From Somniosus microcephalus (Eukaryota), in assembly GCA_052327205.1 (NCBI GenBank), contig CM126203.1, positions 224,440,001 through 224,504,000 on the forward strand: 64,000 nt of DNA. The letters are read 5' to 3'. The position numbers were made by a program, and so were the translations under genes. Positions 1 to 12,248 of the stretch are shown here, piece by piece (the stretch's first letter is position 1; every line of letters starts with the position of its first letter). The notes below the pieces were generated by a model. The model did no database searches and was not told the DNA's origin. It saw only the letters and a program-made list of their open reading frames with translations.

Positions 1-139
1 TTCCATCAAAGATACGGCGGATGAGTGAAAGAACCCTCGTGGAAATTCACCCCCTACAGCTATGCCAGTAATTCCCAACACATTCCAGTCAGACCGTGTT
101 ACTATGGAGAATCTGTCAGGTGCATCAATATGATTCTCA

Positions 140-522
140 CAGAGTTTAGAAGGTCGAGGGGTGATCTAATCATTGTCTTTAAAATGATAAAAGAATCTGA
201 TTGGTTAGATTCAGACGAACTATTTCCTCTGGTGGGGAATCCAGAGCAAAGGACTATCATGTTAAAATTAGAGCCAGGCCATTTAGGAGTGTAATCAGGA
301 TGCACTTTTTTACACAAAGGGTAGTGAAAATCTGGAACTCTCTCCCCTGAAATGATGGGCATGCTGGGTCAATTGAAATTTTCAAGACTAAGATCGATAG
401 ATTTTTGCTAGGTAAAGATGTCAAGGGTGGGTAAATGGAGTTGAGCTACAGATCAGCCATGATGTGATTGAATGGCAGAACAGGCTCAAGAAGCTGAATG
501 GCCTCCCCCTGTTTCTATGTTC
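140..522 (+). mobile_element. Degenerate CR1 LINE 3' fragment
   Basis: Encodes EFRRSRGDLIIVFKMIK (CR1 ORF2 C-terminal motif RRxRGDLI), followed by a CR1-type 3' UTR ending tttctatgttcct. Confidence 0.8.
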
Positions 523-1936
523 CTAAAGTATATCTTTCTTTAGGCTATAAGTATTTATCGTTTTATTTTTCCAAATGGTTTCAAAGCAAGCTGTAGCATG
601 AAGTTTAGAAGTAGCTTTTGACAAGAAAACTATTTTCAGATGCTTATTTTTTTTTACCTTAGAGAGAGATAAGAAAGAAAGAGGGACAGAGTGAGCGGAA
701 AGAATGGAAAAAGAGGGGGGGATAGTTTGTGTGTAAGAGGGAGAGATGCATAGACACATAGAGAGACAGAGCCGAATCTTTATATTTTCTATTGTATTGT
801 AAATTGTTACAGCACCTGCCTTTTTTGTTAAGAATTTGAATTTGAATGAAGAATTTGAAAATAATGATTTCTCATATAAACAGATCTATTTATGCAGTTG
901 TGATATCTATCAACCTAGAGTGGGAAAGGAAAATAATTATTACTTATTTTCCAGCAACCAATTAAAATACTTGCCTCATTATCTATGGGCAAAACACTTA
1001 GAAACTTCTTTCTAAATTGAGCATAACTCACTAACATTTCAATACTTGAGTTATACGCCCATTGCCCACTTCCATATCGGAACAATCCCAACCACTCATA
1101 AAGCAACAGAACTCAGACTCACCATGAGCAACATAAAGCCAGATCTGTTTTGCTCACCTCCCTCTCTTCCATCCCATCCTCTCCCCCTCCTCTCCCTGCT
1201 TCCACGTCCCTTCTCTCGCTCTCCCTTTCCTCCTCTATCTTAAAACCATGTGGTAATTTTTGTTGCTTGGGTACTGCTCCTTGGCTGTTTTAACACTGGG
1301 CAGTTGAAATGCCTGCCTGATGCAGGCAAAATCAGGGTCCTGTTGCTCAGATAGGACAATGAGGCAATTTTAACGGCCGACTGCCCAGAGCATACAACGT
1401 GGATTTTCCAACCAGTACAATCTGCGGGGGCTCCAAAAGGTAAGTACAAAACCTATCTTTGAGGGGCCAGGAGGAACAGGAGAGCTTCTTCAGGCCTCAC
1501 AAGGAAAGTTTGTGTTTGTTCAGCCCCAGGCTCTCCCCCACTCCAGCTGCGAACCCCCACTCGTGGCTTACTGGAGTGCCGGCAGGCCATCCGATCTTTG
1601 CTTGTCGGCAGTCAGCCAATTGCCTCTTTGTGCCCATTCTAGGTGGGTAGCTGGCCCGCTAAATGTTAACGAGACCTGACCGTTAAAATCAACTGGCATC
1701 CCATAGCAGGCAGGAAGTCTTTCTGCCAGGAAAATAAAGTCCTGTAAATGAGCCACTTATTAACTTAAGTGGCACCTCACCTAATTTTGAGTCTAATCTA
1801 ATTAAACCAATGTTGTACCTTCTAAAATTGTTATAAAAGTTACCCATATCGTAATATTAGTAAAGGAATTAATGTGGGTAGGTTGGTTTGTAGGGTATTA
1901 TTTTATAAACAAAATCTGAAATATCTGAAAAAATTT

Positions 1937-2152
1937 GGGGGTAGATTTTCTAGGGGGCTTTCCTGACCTCCTGCCATAACCTCAGCAGAAACCCCATGAA
2001 ATGATGTAAACAGCCGTTCATGCCATTTCTCTGGGGTTTCCGCTGATCTTCCACTCAAGTGACAGTAGGAGATCAGGGAACCCCTCCATAGAAATTCTAT
2101 CCGCCGAAGTTACAGTGAACGAGCTTGAAAACCCCCTCATGGAAATTCACCC
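1937..2152. mobile_element. Degenerate palindromic MITE-like element
   Basis: gggtagattttcta...tagaaattctatcc inverted ends. The second end (...ggaaattcaccc) resembles bases 27-55. Confidence 0.45.
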
Positions 2153-3009
2153 ACAAGGTTGGGAATTTTGAGACCGCACCAGGATTCCTGTCATTTGATT
2201 TATATGTTGCAGTGGTCATGTTCACAAACTGAGAGGGAAATTATATTAGATTTTTACCACATCTTGACATTTCAAATTTTGTTAGAAAAGAAACATGTAT
2301 ACGTATCAGCTTTAGTGAACCTGAAAAGTGTACAATTTATTTAAAAGTGTGCAATTCTGGATCAGTCAGATTATTGAGTTTCTTTTGGTCAGACCAATAC
2401 CAACAGTAATTATTGAGTAACATTATACTTCTCATTCATTATTGCTTAGTGAGCTAACATGCAATCTATAACATCCTTAATTGCAGTAATGCAGCCAATT
2501 CACATTCATTATTGGATAAGATAGTAGGGTGTGATTAAGGGCTTTTGTGGCATTGATAGTCCATGTAGATAAAATCTGTAATGTTTGAAAGGATTGGGAT
2601 GTGGAATTCTTTTCTGAAACGGTAAACTAAGGAGTTTGATTTAATCAAGCCATATTGCCTAAATGAGAACATATGTCTCACTATTGTGCAGTCCAATGTA
2701 TTGATAGAAAAGCAAGATTTATGAAAGGACATCACCATTCCAATAATTGAGATATGTTGATGGTCCACTTTCCACTGAAGATAGATACTGTTGTTTCTGA
2801 GCTTAATTACCAGCATGCAGCTTAATTGAATAAACATTAGAAAAAACATCATTTTCTCTTTCTTCTATTGATTTGTGTCCAAAATTTTAATTTGCATCAC
2901 TTCATATAACACCGTCATGGCATAAGAACTCAGAAAAATGATATGGTCAATCAGTCCAACCAGTTCCTTTGCAGTTTACGTCCTCTTTCTCCACTCTGCT
3001 GCTTTGATT

Positions 3010-3466
3010 GGGAGAGAAATTCAACTCACTGCGACCCTTGTGTAAAATAGGCATTAAACTTCCGAATTTCACTTCATGATTTGCCGTGCTAGACCTGCAC
3101 CAAAAATGTGCCAGATTCAATATTGGCTCGGGTGACTTTTAATTGTTCTGGGTGCCTGCCTGAAGCAGGCATCCTTAAATATGCAAATCGGCTCCTGTTA
3201 TCAGACCCCAATTGCAAAATTGAGGTATAAATGGGCGGTTCTTCTGCCGCTAAAGCTCCGCCCAGTTGTACCAGACATTGAGCGGCCTAACCAGTGAACC
3301 TTAAAGAAACCGCTGTAGGCTGCACAAAAAAATGCTCAGGAAATTTGCCAATTTATCACCCTCTTCAAATGGCAAGCAGCAGTGGGTGCCCCTTTGGCAC
3401 TAGCTTTTAAATGAAACTTGAAGCCGAATATGGCTTCATTTTGGGCACAAGTCGAATTTTCCAGCC
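3010..3466. mobile_element. Degenerate MITE (Harbinger-like ends)
   Basis: gggagagaaattcaact / agtcgaattttccagcc imperfect inverted ends. Confidence 0.4.
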
Positions 3467-3540
3467 ACTGAATCAAAATTCATTGTACTAAGTGGAAATT
3501 TAGTTAATAACTTAACCAATCTAAGAGTGAAGAAATTAAT

Positions 3541-4184
3541 GGCCGATTTTAACTTGCCCTGTCTGGGGGATGTTTCGTGGCGTGTTCCTGATGTGTTCTC
3601 ACAATTTTTACTTGCCTGAATTCAGGCATGGGAAGGCCTCCCACCCTAGAGGAGTGGGGCTTAATTTAAATGGCAATGGCACATCGTCATGACATTATTG
3701 GGATACGTATACAATTTTAACCATGGGCCTGACTAAGGCCTGCGCAGTCTCCAACCCATCAGAAAAATCTGGCGGCAGCAAGTATTCGGCTTACAGGAGG
3801 CCCAGGTCAGTAATTATTTTGTTAATTTTTAAAGGTTCCTTGTGGGTCAAGAGGAGGCCTCACAAGGATAACTTGGGCCTCTCCTGCCCCAGGCTTCCCT
3901 CCCAATCACGGACTTTCCGACCCACTGCCCAAATCATTAATTACTTTGCTGGGGGCCGTTTCCTTGGGTCCCTGGCAGCGGCCTGATGCCCCCCCCACCC
4001 CCACCAGTTTTGACTCCTGCCCGCTGGCAATGATGTTATTCCTATCGGATTCTGGTGGGAGTTATTCGTGGAATGCAAATGAGGCCTGGCAGTTAACATT
4101 TCCCAGGCCTCACACTCCTGGGGGCCAGACAGTTCGTCACCCACTTCAGCCCCCTCACCCCCAGTTCCCAAGTTAAAATCGGCC
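3541..4184. mobile_element. Non-autonomous DNA transposon (MITE)
   Basis: Perfect 16-bp TIR ggccgattttaacttg / caagttaaaatcggcc. No clear TSD. Confidence 0.75.
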
Positions 4185-5162
4185 CTTTAGTCTTTCATCA
4201 TCCAAAAAAAACACATCTATGAGGAGGAAATTCTGTAAAAGCCAAGAGATGCTTGCAGTTTCTGACATTAATCCATTTGGTCAGTTATATAAAAACACAT
4301 AAAGGTAAATGACCCTCACTTATTCACACTTACAATTAGGAAGGTTGTTAACTTTTAAAAGTTGCAGTCACCCCAGTGCATTTTAAATAATTCTAGAAGA
4401 AAATGACTTCATTACTTAAATTGCAATCCCCTGTTATTTTTATGGATTCGCTTTTCTGCAAAAAACTGTCAAAATATTGACTTTACAGAAGAAAATCTAT
4501 CAAACACAGCTTTGAGTTAATTTTTCTTTATTGTATCCCTCAAGGTTCTGCATTGTTAAAGTTGGTTCAGAAGATAAAATGGGTTTCAGAGATGTTAATG
4601 TGGTTACTGAGGCAGTTTTTCTGTGCATTGTATGATGCCATTGTTGGGTTAGTCACAAAATGTTCTCTGTGACCTCAGCACCAGTATCATCATGCAAATC
4701 CCCAAATCACATGCGTCATATTTAACATTAAAACCAAAATGGCAGCACAAAACAAATGTGGAAGAAATACAATAAAGTAAACATTAAAGTTGTGTTATGA
4801 GATTTTTTTTAGAGAAATCTAGTTCTTTTGTCTGTTTAAACATTAATCTCTCGCAGTATATAAGAAACATTTTTTTTTACAAGTAAAAGTTTTGCACTGG
4901 AACCGATGTAAATTGTGTACTAGACTCAGGAAATTAAAAATCACTAAGTACTACTTTTAACCATCAACACTTTCATATAACATGTGGTCTTACAATAAAA
5001 AAATGACAGGAGTGTAACCTAATTATTTAATTCAACCAATAAGTGCTAACATATGAACTCCTTTGATTTTAAGTATCTGCATTGCAAAACCTTGTAAACA
5101 GTTGTGTGGCACAAATCATTTGAACGTATGAACCCAAGCTTTCACCATCACAGTTTGTGAAA

Positions 5163-5338
5163 GTAAATTTCAATTTTGCTACCTGGGTGGTAACCCGGCA
5201 GAGCAATTGCCACGCGTTGTAGAACCCGCCTGATTTGCATTCCATTGATTTCAATGGAACAAAAATCAAGCAGATTCTACAACAGGCGAGTGGTCCACTC
5301 CACCAGGCTACCGCCCAGGCGGTCAAATTGAAAATTAC
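5163..5338. mobile_element. Hairpin MITE in the probable gabra2 3' UTR
   Basis: Imperfect palindrome over its whole length, centred on ttccattgatttcaatggaa, with ends gtaaatttcaattt / aaattgaaaattac. A related copy lies at ~63003-63135. Confidence 0.7.
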
Positions 5339-5603
5339 CCCCCACCCCCACCCCCTGCCTCTTGTTGATACTAATCCATTTAGTATCCAATATCTTGTTC
5401 CAATTGTTCTTTCATTGATTCCGCAGCTTGAATCATTTTCTAAATCAACTTGTGGATTGTGTGGACTTTGCAATTCTTCTGTGTGTGAATCATGACAAAA
5501 TAAAGGCTTATTTCTAAAAACATACCAAAGTACATAGATTAGCAATTACCGGTTGTATTTGGCATCATCACCCTTTTCCACATGCCTTAAAATGCATCAA
5601 TGA

Positions 5604-5915
5604 TTATTTTGCGGCATCATCCCTCATCTCTTTAACAACAGGTTCTCTGTTTAAATATGTGGCCCAGTACACTAAATTGAAAGTTCCAAATAAAACAGGG
5701 AACATTATCCTGGACATTCTGTCGATTTTGCTTACGCTGTTAAATGTTTTCTTGGCCTCCTGTGGTTTGGTCTCTGGTTTGGCCTCTTTTGGCTCTGCAG
5801 TTGCACTCTTTGCAATTGTTGGTAGTACTGAGTCCTTGGTGATATTAGGTGCATAATTTGCAACTGCCACTGCATAAGCATTATTTTTCTTCATGATAGA
5901 AGCCTTTTCTTTCTT
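5604..5915 (-). CDS. gabra2: GABA-A receptor alpha-2 subunit, last coding exon (intracellular loop end, TM4, stop)
   Basis: [24 protein letters not shown]...[38 protein letters not shown] matches GABRA2 ([14 protein letters not shown] is alpha-2-like). Acceptor tttactttcacAG at 5916-5917, phase 0, TAA stop at 5604. Confidence 0.95.
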   Translation of the reverse strand, partial: KKEKASIMKKNNAYAVAVANYAPNITKDSVLPTIAKSATAEPKEAKPETKPQEAKKTFNSVSKIDRMSRIMFPVLFGTFNLVYWATYLNREPVVKEMRDDAAK

Positions 5916-5969
5916 CTGTGAAAGTAAATGAAAGCTATTCATTGATTTATTCATTTTTTTGTTGTAAAA

Positions 5970-6205
5970 TCATAGAACCATACCACACAGGAGGCCATTC
6001 AGCCCAGTATGCCTGTGCCAGCTCCTATCCCTGCTCTTCCTCCATAGCCCTGCAAACTTTTCCCCTTCATGCATTTATCCAGTTTCCATTTGAAAGTTAT
6101 TATTAAATCTGCTTCCACCACCCTTTCAGGCAGTGTATTTCAGATTATAACAACTCACTGCGTAAAACAAATTCTCCTCATATTGCCTCTGGTTCTTGTG
6201 CCAAT
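5970..6205 (-). mobile_element. Old CR1 3' tail fragment
   Basis: Similar to the CR1 tail at 10915-11200 (cttccaccaccctttcaggcagtg). Confidence 0.65.
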
Positions 6206-6676
6206 TACCTTGTTCATTACAATAAGCTTGATAAAGCAAAGGGGATGCTGGGATCATCTGGCTACTTTACTGATGGGAAAGTCTAAATTGAAAATTAAAT
6301 TAAAATGTTAACAATATCAAAATACATTAATAAATCAAGAGATTGAATGAAATGTTTCTAAAGCATAACTCTAGTCCTCAAATTTTGAACTGGCTTCTTG
6401 AAATGTTTTTATTTCTCTATTTAATACATCTCCAAATTCACAACACCATGCAAGATAACTGATCTATCTTAATGATAGAAGTTTTACCCATCTAATCTTC
6501 TGTTGGTACAAAGTTTGGCAAAGTTTCTATGATCAATAGAGCTGTCAATCACCTGTTACTTCCTTCATCAATTTGGGATTATTTGGGTCAGTAATTTAAA
6601 CAGATTTAAATTTCAAGGAAGCTGAGAACTCAATGTGAAAATAATTGCTACATTATTCAAGGTAGAACTATAAATC

Positions 6677-7222
6677 ATAAGAACATAAGAATACAAGAAT
6701 TAGGAGCAGGAGTAGGCCATACGGCCCTTCGAGCCTGCTCCGCCATTCAATAAGATCATGGCTGATTGTCGACCTCAACTTCACTTTCACGCCCAAACCC
6801 CATATCCCTTAATTCCCCTAGAGTCCAAAAATCTATCTATCTCAGCCTTGAATATAATCAACGACTCAGCATCCACAGCCCTTTGGGGCAGAGAATTCCA
6901 AAGATTCATAACCCTCTGAGTGAAGAAATTCCTCCTCATGGGCCCCTTATCCTGAGACTATGCCCCCTAGTTCTAGACTCTCCAGCCAGGGAAAACAATC
7001 TCTCAGCATCTATCCTATCAATCCCCCTCAAAATCTTATATGTTTCAATGAGATCACCTCTCATTCTCCTAAACTTCAGAGAATATAGACCCAATCTACT
7101 CAATCTCTCCTCATAGGCCAACCCTCTCATCCCAGGAATCAATCGAGTGAACCTTTGTTACACTGCCTCTAAGGCAAGTATATCCTTCCTCAAAGGAGAC
7201 CAAAACTGTGCACAGTACTTCA
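6677..7222 (-). mobile_element. CR1 LINE 3' fragment
   Basis: IPGMRGLAYEERLSRLGLYSLKFRRMRGDLIETYKIL and a (tatgttct)n-type tail. Confidence 0.9.
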
Positions 7223-7257
7223 CTATCTTTTCTATAAATATATAAATATAATCTATT

Positions 7258-7672
7258 TCAAAATTCTTGTTTTCAAATCCCTCCGTGGCCTCGCCCCTCC
7301 CTATCTCTGTAATCTCCTTCAGCCCCACAACTCACCGAGGTATGTGTGCTCCTCTAATTCTGCCCTCTTGAGCATCCCTGATTCTAATCACTCAACCATT
7401 GGTGGCAGTGCCTTCTGTTGCCTAGGCCCTGAGTTCTGGAATTCCCTACTTAAACATCTCTGCCTCTCTACCTCTCCACCTCTCTACCTCTCTTTCATCC
7501 TTTAAGACGTTCCTTAAGACCTACTTCTTTGACCAAGCTTTTGGTCACCTGCCCTAATTTCTCCTTATGTGGCTCGGTGTCCAATTTTTTTGTTTTATAA
7601 TACTCCTGGGAAGCGCCTTGGGATGTTTTACTACATTACAGGCGCTATGTAAATACACGCTGTTGTTGTTGT
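7258..7672 (+). mobile_element. L2 LINE 3' fragment
   Basis: Similar to 8920-9330 (FKSLxGLAPPYL...LWNSLP), ending in a (ttg)n tail. Confidence 0.8.
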
Positions 7673-7976
7673 AATCATTTATTTACACATTTCAATTACA
7701 CCTCTACCCTGGTTCAAGAAATGATAATGCAAAGTACATAAGACATCAGCTTTGTAATGTAACATGAATGTGTTAACCCACCCACTCTCAGAAAGAGGTA
7801 AGTAATATACCACATGTGCCAGGAAGTTCCAGAGGTATTCCCCAGTGTGAGATTGGTGGAACCCCCTGGTTAATAGCACAAAGATAGAATGACCATTCAT
7901 GCTATTTATCTGTTCCACTGTTATGGAAGCAAATCAGGAGAATCTTGGGAAACTCAGGACCATTGCTGAGGTGTAG

Positions 7977-10306
7977 GGCTGAATTTTGTGGGGGGTCAGC
8001 AAGTGCGGTCGGTGGCGGGTCGGGTAGGAAAGTGGTTTTATTTCCCAGCGGGTCGGGATCCCGCTGTGAACCCGCCGCCACGTGCCTTTTCCCGATGTTG
8101 GGTCTGTCAGCGCTGAGCAGACCCAACACGCAGCGGCGGGGGAGGCAATTAAAATAATTAGTGGCTTGTTTACAGCCACTTATCAAGGGTTTTTTGGGTT
8201 TTGAGATTTGACAGGTCGCCCACCGGTTTCCCGCTGTACCTAGGCCTCATCTGTGAAGCTGAGGCGGGAGCTCAGTGATCACTGAATCAGCTGATGAGTT
8301 GACAGCTTCAAATGTCAAGTCAAAGCTCCCAGCTGATTAAGAAATGTCCCTTAACCACTAGCTTCTCTAAACTGAATTTCTACTACAGATTCAGGATGCT
8401 GTAAGTCTTTACACAAATCTCTATCCAGTCTGACCTCATTACCTCTCCCACCATTGACAGATCACTTCTGTCATCTCTACTTCACCTGTCATCTATTCCA
8501 TCAGCATGGGTGCCCTTGAAACTCTCTCACCTTGGTCCTCAGAATCCCACCATGATCAGCCCCAACACCAGCATCACCAAGCACACCAGCTGCACCAGGC
8601 ACACCAGCAGCACCAACAACAAGACCAACCTTCTCCACAATCAGCTGATGCTGCACAGGACACAGGGCATCAGCACCCGACCACCTTACTGCCTGGGAGG
8701 CCAGGGATGGCCTCACCATGGCCAGATTTACTTCACCTGACGCTGTACTGGACTTGATTATTCCAATGCACTCCTGGCTGGCCTCCCACATTCGACCCTG
8801 CATAAACTTGAGGTCATTCAAAACTCAGCTGCCCGTGTCCTAACTCGCACCAAGTCCCGTTCACCCTAAACCCCTGTGCTCGCTGACCTACATTGGCTCC
8901 CGGTTAAGCAACGCTTTGATTTCAAAATTCTCATTCTTGTTTTCAAATCCCTCCATGGCCTCGCCCCTCCCTATCTCTGTAATCTCCTCCAGCCCCACAA
9001 CCCCTTGAGATATCTGCGTTCCTCAAATTCTGTCCTCTTCAGCATCCCTAATTATAATTGCTCAAACATCGGTGGCAGTACCTTCAGCTTCCTAGACCCT
9101 AAGCTCTGGAACTCCCTCCCTAAATCTCTCCGCCTCGCTACCTCTCTTTCCTCATTTAAGACGCTCCTTAAAAGCTACCTCTTTGAACAAGCTTTTGGTC
9201 ATTTACCCTAATTTCTTATGTGGCTCGATTTCAATTTTTTGTCTTATAACACTCCTGTTAAGCACCTTGGGACATTTTACTACATTAAAGGCGCTGTATA
9301 AATTCAAGTTGTTGTTGTTGCTGTTGTTGTACACCCTGGCTGTCACATGATGCGCCAGGTTGGCACCGCCTCACACCAACACCATAAAGCATCCCAACAA
9401 TGCCCAAGCCATTCCTTTTACACTCATCACCATTGTGGGGGGTACAGTTATGTCTCACCATTCACTGCAACTCACTAAGCCACTTCCAAAGGTGTACTCA
9501 AATCTGTCCAAGAAGGCAAAGTGTTGAAAATAAAGGTTTCAATGTTTGACACCACATTAACAGAAACTTTACAAGAACATTGCATAAAATACCCAAGTGC
9601 CTATCCTTGTGTGTTTTTAGTTGGTATGATTGAACGAGGATGAGGATAAGTGCGAGGGGTGGCTAGTGAGATGGGGATGTGATAATATAGACAGAGAGGG
9701 ATGGGTGGAGGTCCAAGGTAAGTTGGTGTGAGTAAATATGTGCAGGAGTGGAGTAGGGAAGGCAGAGTGATGGGGATGTGATGAGCGGCACAGCAAGATG
9801 AGGTTGAGTGTGGCTTTGCAGTAATGTTTCGTGATCTACTGAGATAATTGAAATGTTTGCACCACTGCAGCCTGGTCCTCCTGACCACATCCCTGCTTGT
9901 GTCCTCCCGTACAATGTGCAACAAGGATGTGTTGATCTCCTAGGGAGGTCTCTTCCGCCCATGGGAAGCATATGAAGGGAGTCATGGGAGAGTCTGGGTG
10001 CAGCCCTGCACCTCTGTGCAGTGCTTATCAGTGTTTGCAGCACCTCAATGCTGTAGAACACTGACAGCATAACTGTCAAACTAAAGTTGGCCATGGTCCC
10101 TTTAAGGAAACCAGCTGATGACGCGTCATCAAATGACATCATCAGACCCACTTCCTCTAATTGGCCGGCAAACGCGCTGGGCGGACTTAACAAGCCCAAT
10201 TATGGGAAATTAATTTCAGAGGCCAGGATGGAGACAGTAGTGGGGTCGGGACCCACCACCAATGTTGCCCGCCATGGGCCCGCCGAGGTTAGTAAAATCG
10301 CGGACC
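7977..10306 (+). mobile_element. Internally deleted PIF/Harbinger element with an L2 insert
   Basis: 3-bp TSD TAG (7974-7976 / 10307-10309) and imperfect TIRs ggctgaatttt / aaaatcgcggacc. Carries a His/Gln-rich transposase N-terminal remnant (+) and a Myb/SANT remnant (-, ~9830-10010, RDVVRRTRLQWCKHFN). Colinear with 50964-56587. Confidence 0.8.
8748..9328 (+). mobile_element. L2 LINE 3' fragment nested in the Harbinger element
   Basis: ORF LADLHWLPVKQRFDFKILILVFKSLHGLAPPYL...KLWNSLP is a typical L2 ORF2 C-terminus. (ttg)n tail. Confidence 0.9.
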
Positions 10307-10914
10307 TAGAGTCACAGTCCAAGCATTAAGCACTGTAAAATACCTGATGCAAACATATATCATTTCTGGAGCACCAAATATAAATACACAGCAAAAAGGA
10401 TTTAATATAACTGATTTGTCTGATGCTACATTGGTGAGAGGTTGCATATTTTAAAATCTCATTCAGTTTCATGCAAAAAGGAAATTAAGATATTAAAATT
10501 AATATTGTCTCATTTTTTGTTAATATTATATATCTTCTGCTTGGGCTGCACTCTCCAAGATTATTTTGCCATTATAATCAATTGCTGAAAAATATGCTGT
10601 ACACCTCAGTATGAAAGTGCTTGCTGACCACACAAATATTAATTAAACTCGCTGGGTAGAAATTGGTCTGGCCGGTAGCACAAACCGGGTGATAGTGAAT
10701 CAGCAACCTGCTTTACGCTCTGCACAATTTTTTTAATTGAAAAGAAACTCAAGCCTGGTGTAAGACTGGCTGCCAAGTCTCTATTGCCCATTTTGTGCTA
10801 CCACTCAAGACCAATATCTGCCCCAAACTTTCTAATGGCCCATTTTGAACTTCTGACTTGCCCAGACTCCAATTACTCTTCAGACTAGAATACTGTGTGT
10901 AGAAGATTCCAGAC

Positions 10915-11928
10915 ACAGAATCATGGAAATTTACAGCACAAAAGGAGGTCATTCTGCCCATCGTGCTTGTGCCGGCCGAAAAAGAGCTATCCAGCCTAAT
11001 CCCACTTTCCAGCTTTTGGTCCGTAGCCTTGTAGGTTACGGCACTTCAAGTGCATATCTAAGTACTTTTTAAATGCAATGAGGGTTTCTGCCTCTACCAC
11101 CCTTTCAGGCAGTGAGTTCAAGACCCCCACCAACCTCTGGGTGAAAAAATGTTTCCTCTACTCCCCTCTAATCCTTCTACCAAATACTTTAAATCTATGC
11201 CCCCTGGTTATTGACCGCTCTGCTAAGGGAAATACGTCCTTCCTATCCACTCTATCTAGGCCCCTCATGATTTTATACACCTCAATTAAATCTCCCCTCA
11301 GCCTCCTCTCTTCCAAAGAAAACAACCCCAACCTATCCAATCTTTCCTCATAGCTTAAATTTTCCAGTCCTGGCAACATCCTCGTAAATGTCCTCTGTAC
11401 CCTCTCTAGTGCAATCACATATTTTCTGCAATGCGGTGACCAGAACTGTACACAGTACATAGGAATATAGAAACCTAGGAACAGGAGTTGGCAAGTTTGT
11501 GTCATCGGCAAATTTGGATATGGGGCTTTCTATCCCATCATCTGCCAATTAGAGTACCTGCCCATTATCCCCACTCTCTGTCTCCTGCCGCTCAGCCAAT
11601 TTCCTAACCAGGTCAATAATTTGCTGTCAATTCCATGGGCTTCAACCTTAGTTAACAGTCTTTCATGAGAGACTTTATCAAATGCCTTCTGGAAGTCCAT
11701 ATAAATAGCAATCATTGGCATTCCCCTGCCCACAACTTTAGGCACCTCTTCAAAAAATTCAATCAGGTTCATCAGGCATGACCTACCTTTTACAAATCCA
11801 TGCTGGCTCTCACGAATCAGCTTCAAATTTTCAAGGTATTCAGTCACCCTATCCTTAATTATAGACTCTAGTAATTTCCCGAAAACAGATGTTAGGCGAA
11901 CTGGTCTATAATTCCCTGGTTTCCCTCT
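10915..11928 (-). mobile_element. CR1 LINE fragments (RT and 3' end), interrupted by a Gypsy element
   Basis: YCVQFWSPH...RRLRGDLIEVYKIM and PGNYRPVRLTSVFGKLLESI...DFQKAFDKV. Continues at 17111-17233. Confidence 0.9.
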
Positions 11929-12139
11929 TGTTATGTCTGTGTATCTTGATGTTGTGTCCTTCAATAATTAGACAAGACTGCAGGGAACGATTCAACAGGT
12001 GTTTACTGAATGAGGGTTACTCTAAAACTAACTGTACAGATCACTACTCAGGGTTTATATACAGGTGTGGTCACTGCCGGTACTACAGTATACTGGAGCT
12101 GTAAAATTAGTTCTCTCCCTTAAAGGTACATACATTACA
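11929..12139 (-). repeat. 3' LTR (211 bp)
   Basis: Direct repeat of 16892-17105 with 4 substitutions and one 3-bp indel by eye. Preceded on the minus strand by PPT aaaaggggaggaat. Confidence 0.95.
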
Positions 12140-12248
12140 ATTCCTCCCCTTTTAGATTAACAGTACCATAACACTCATTTAACAATTAAACATCAAACTA
12201 ATTACAATTAACACTTTTAACATGCAACATTAGCTGAAAATAGTCTAT

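Noticed and set aside
660-1240. GA-rich (660-770) and CT-rich (1150-1240) tracts
   Set aside because: Ordinary low-complexity sequence with no consistent period or precise complementarity.
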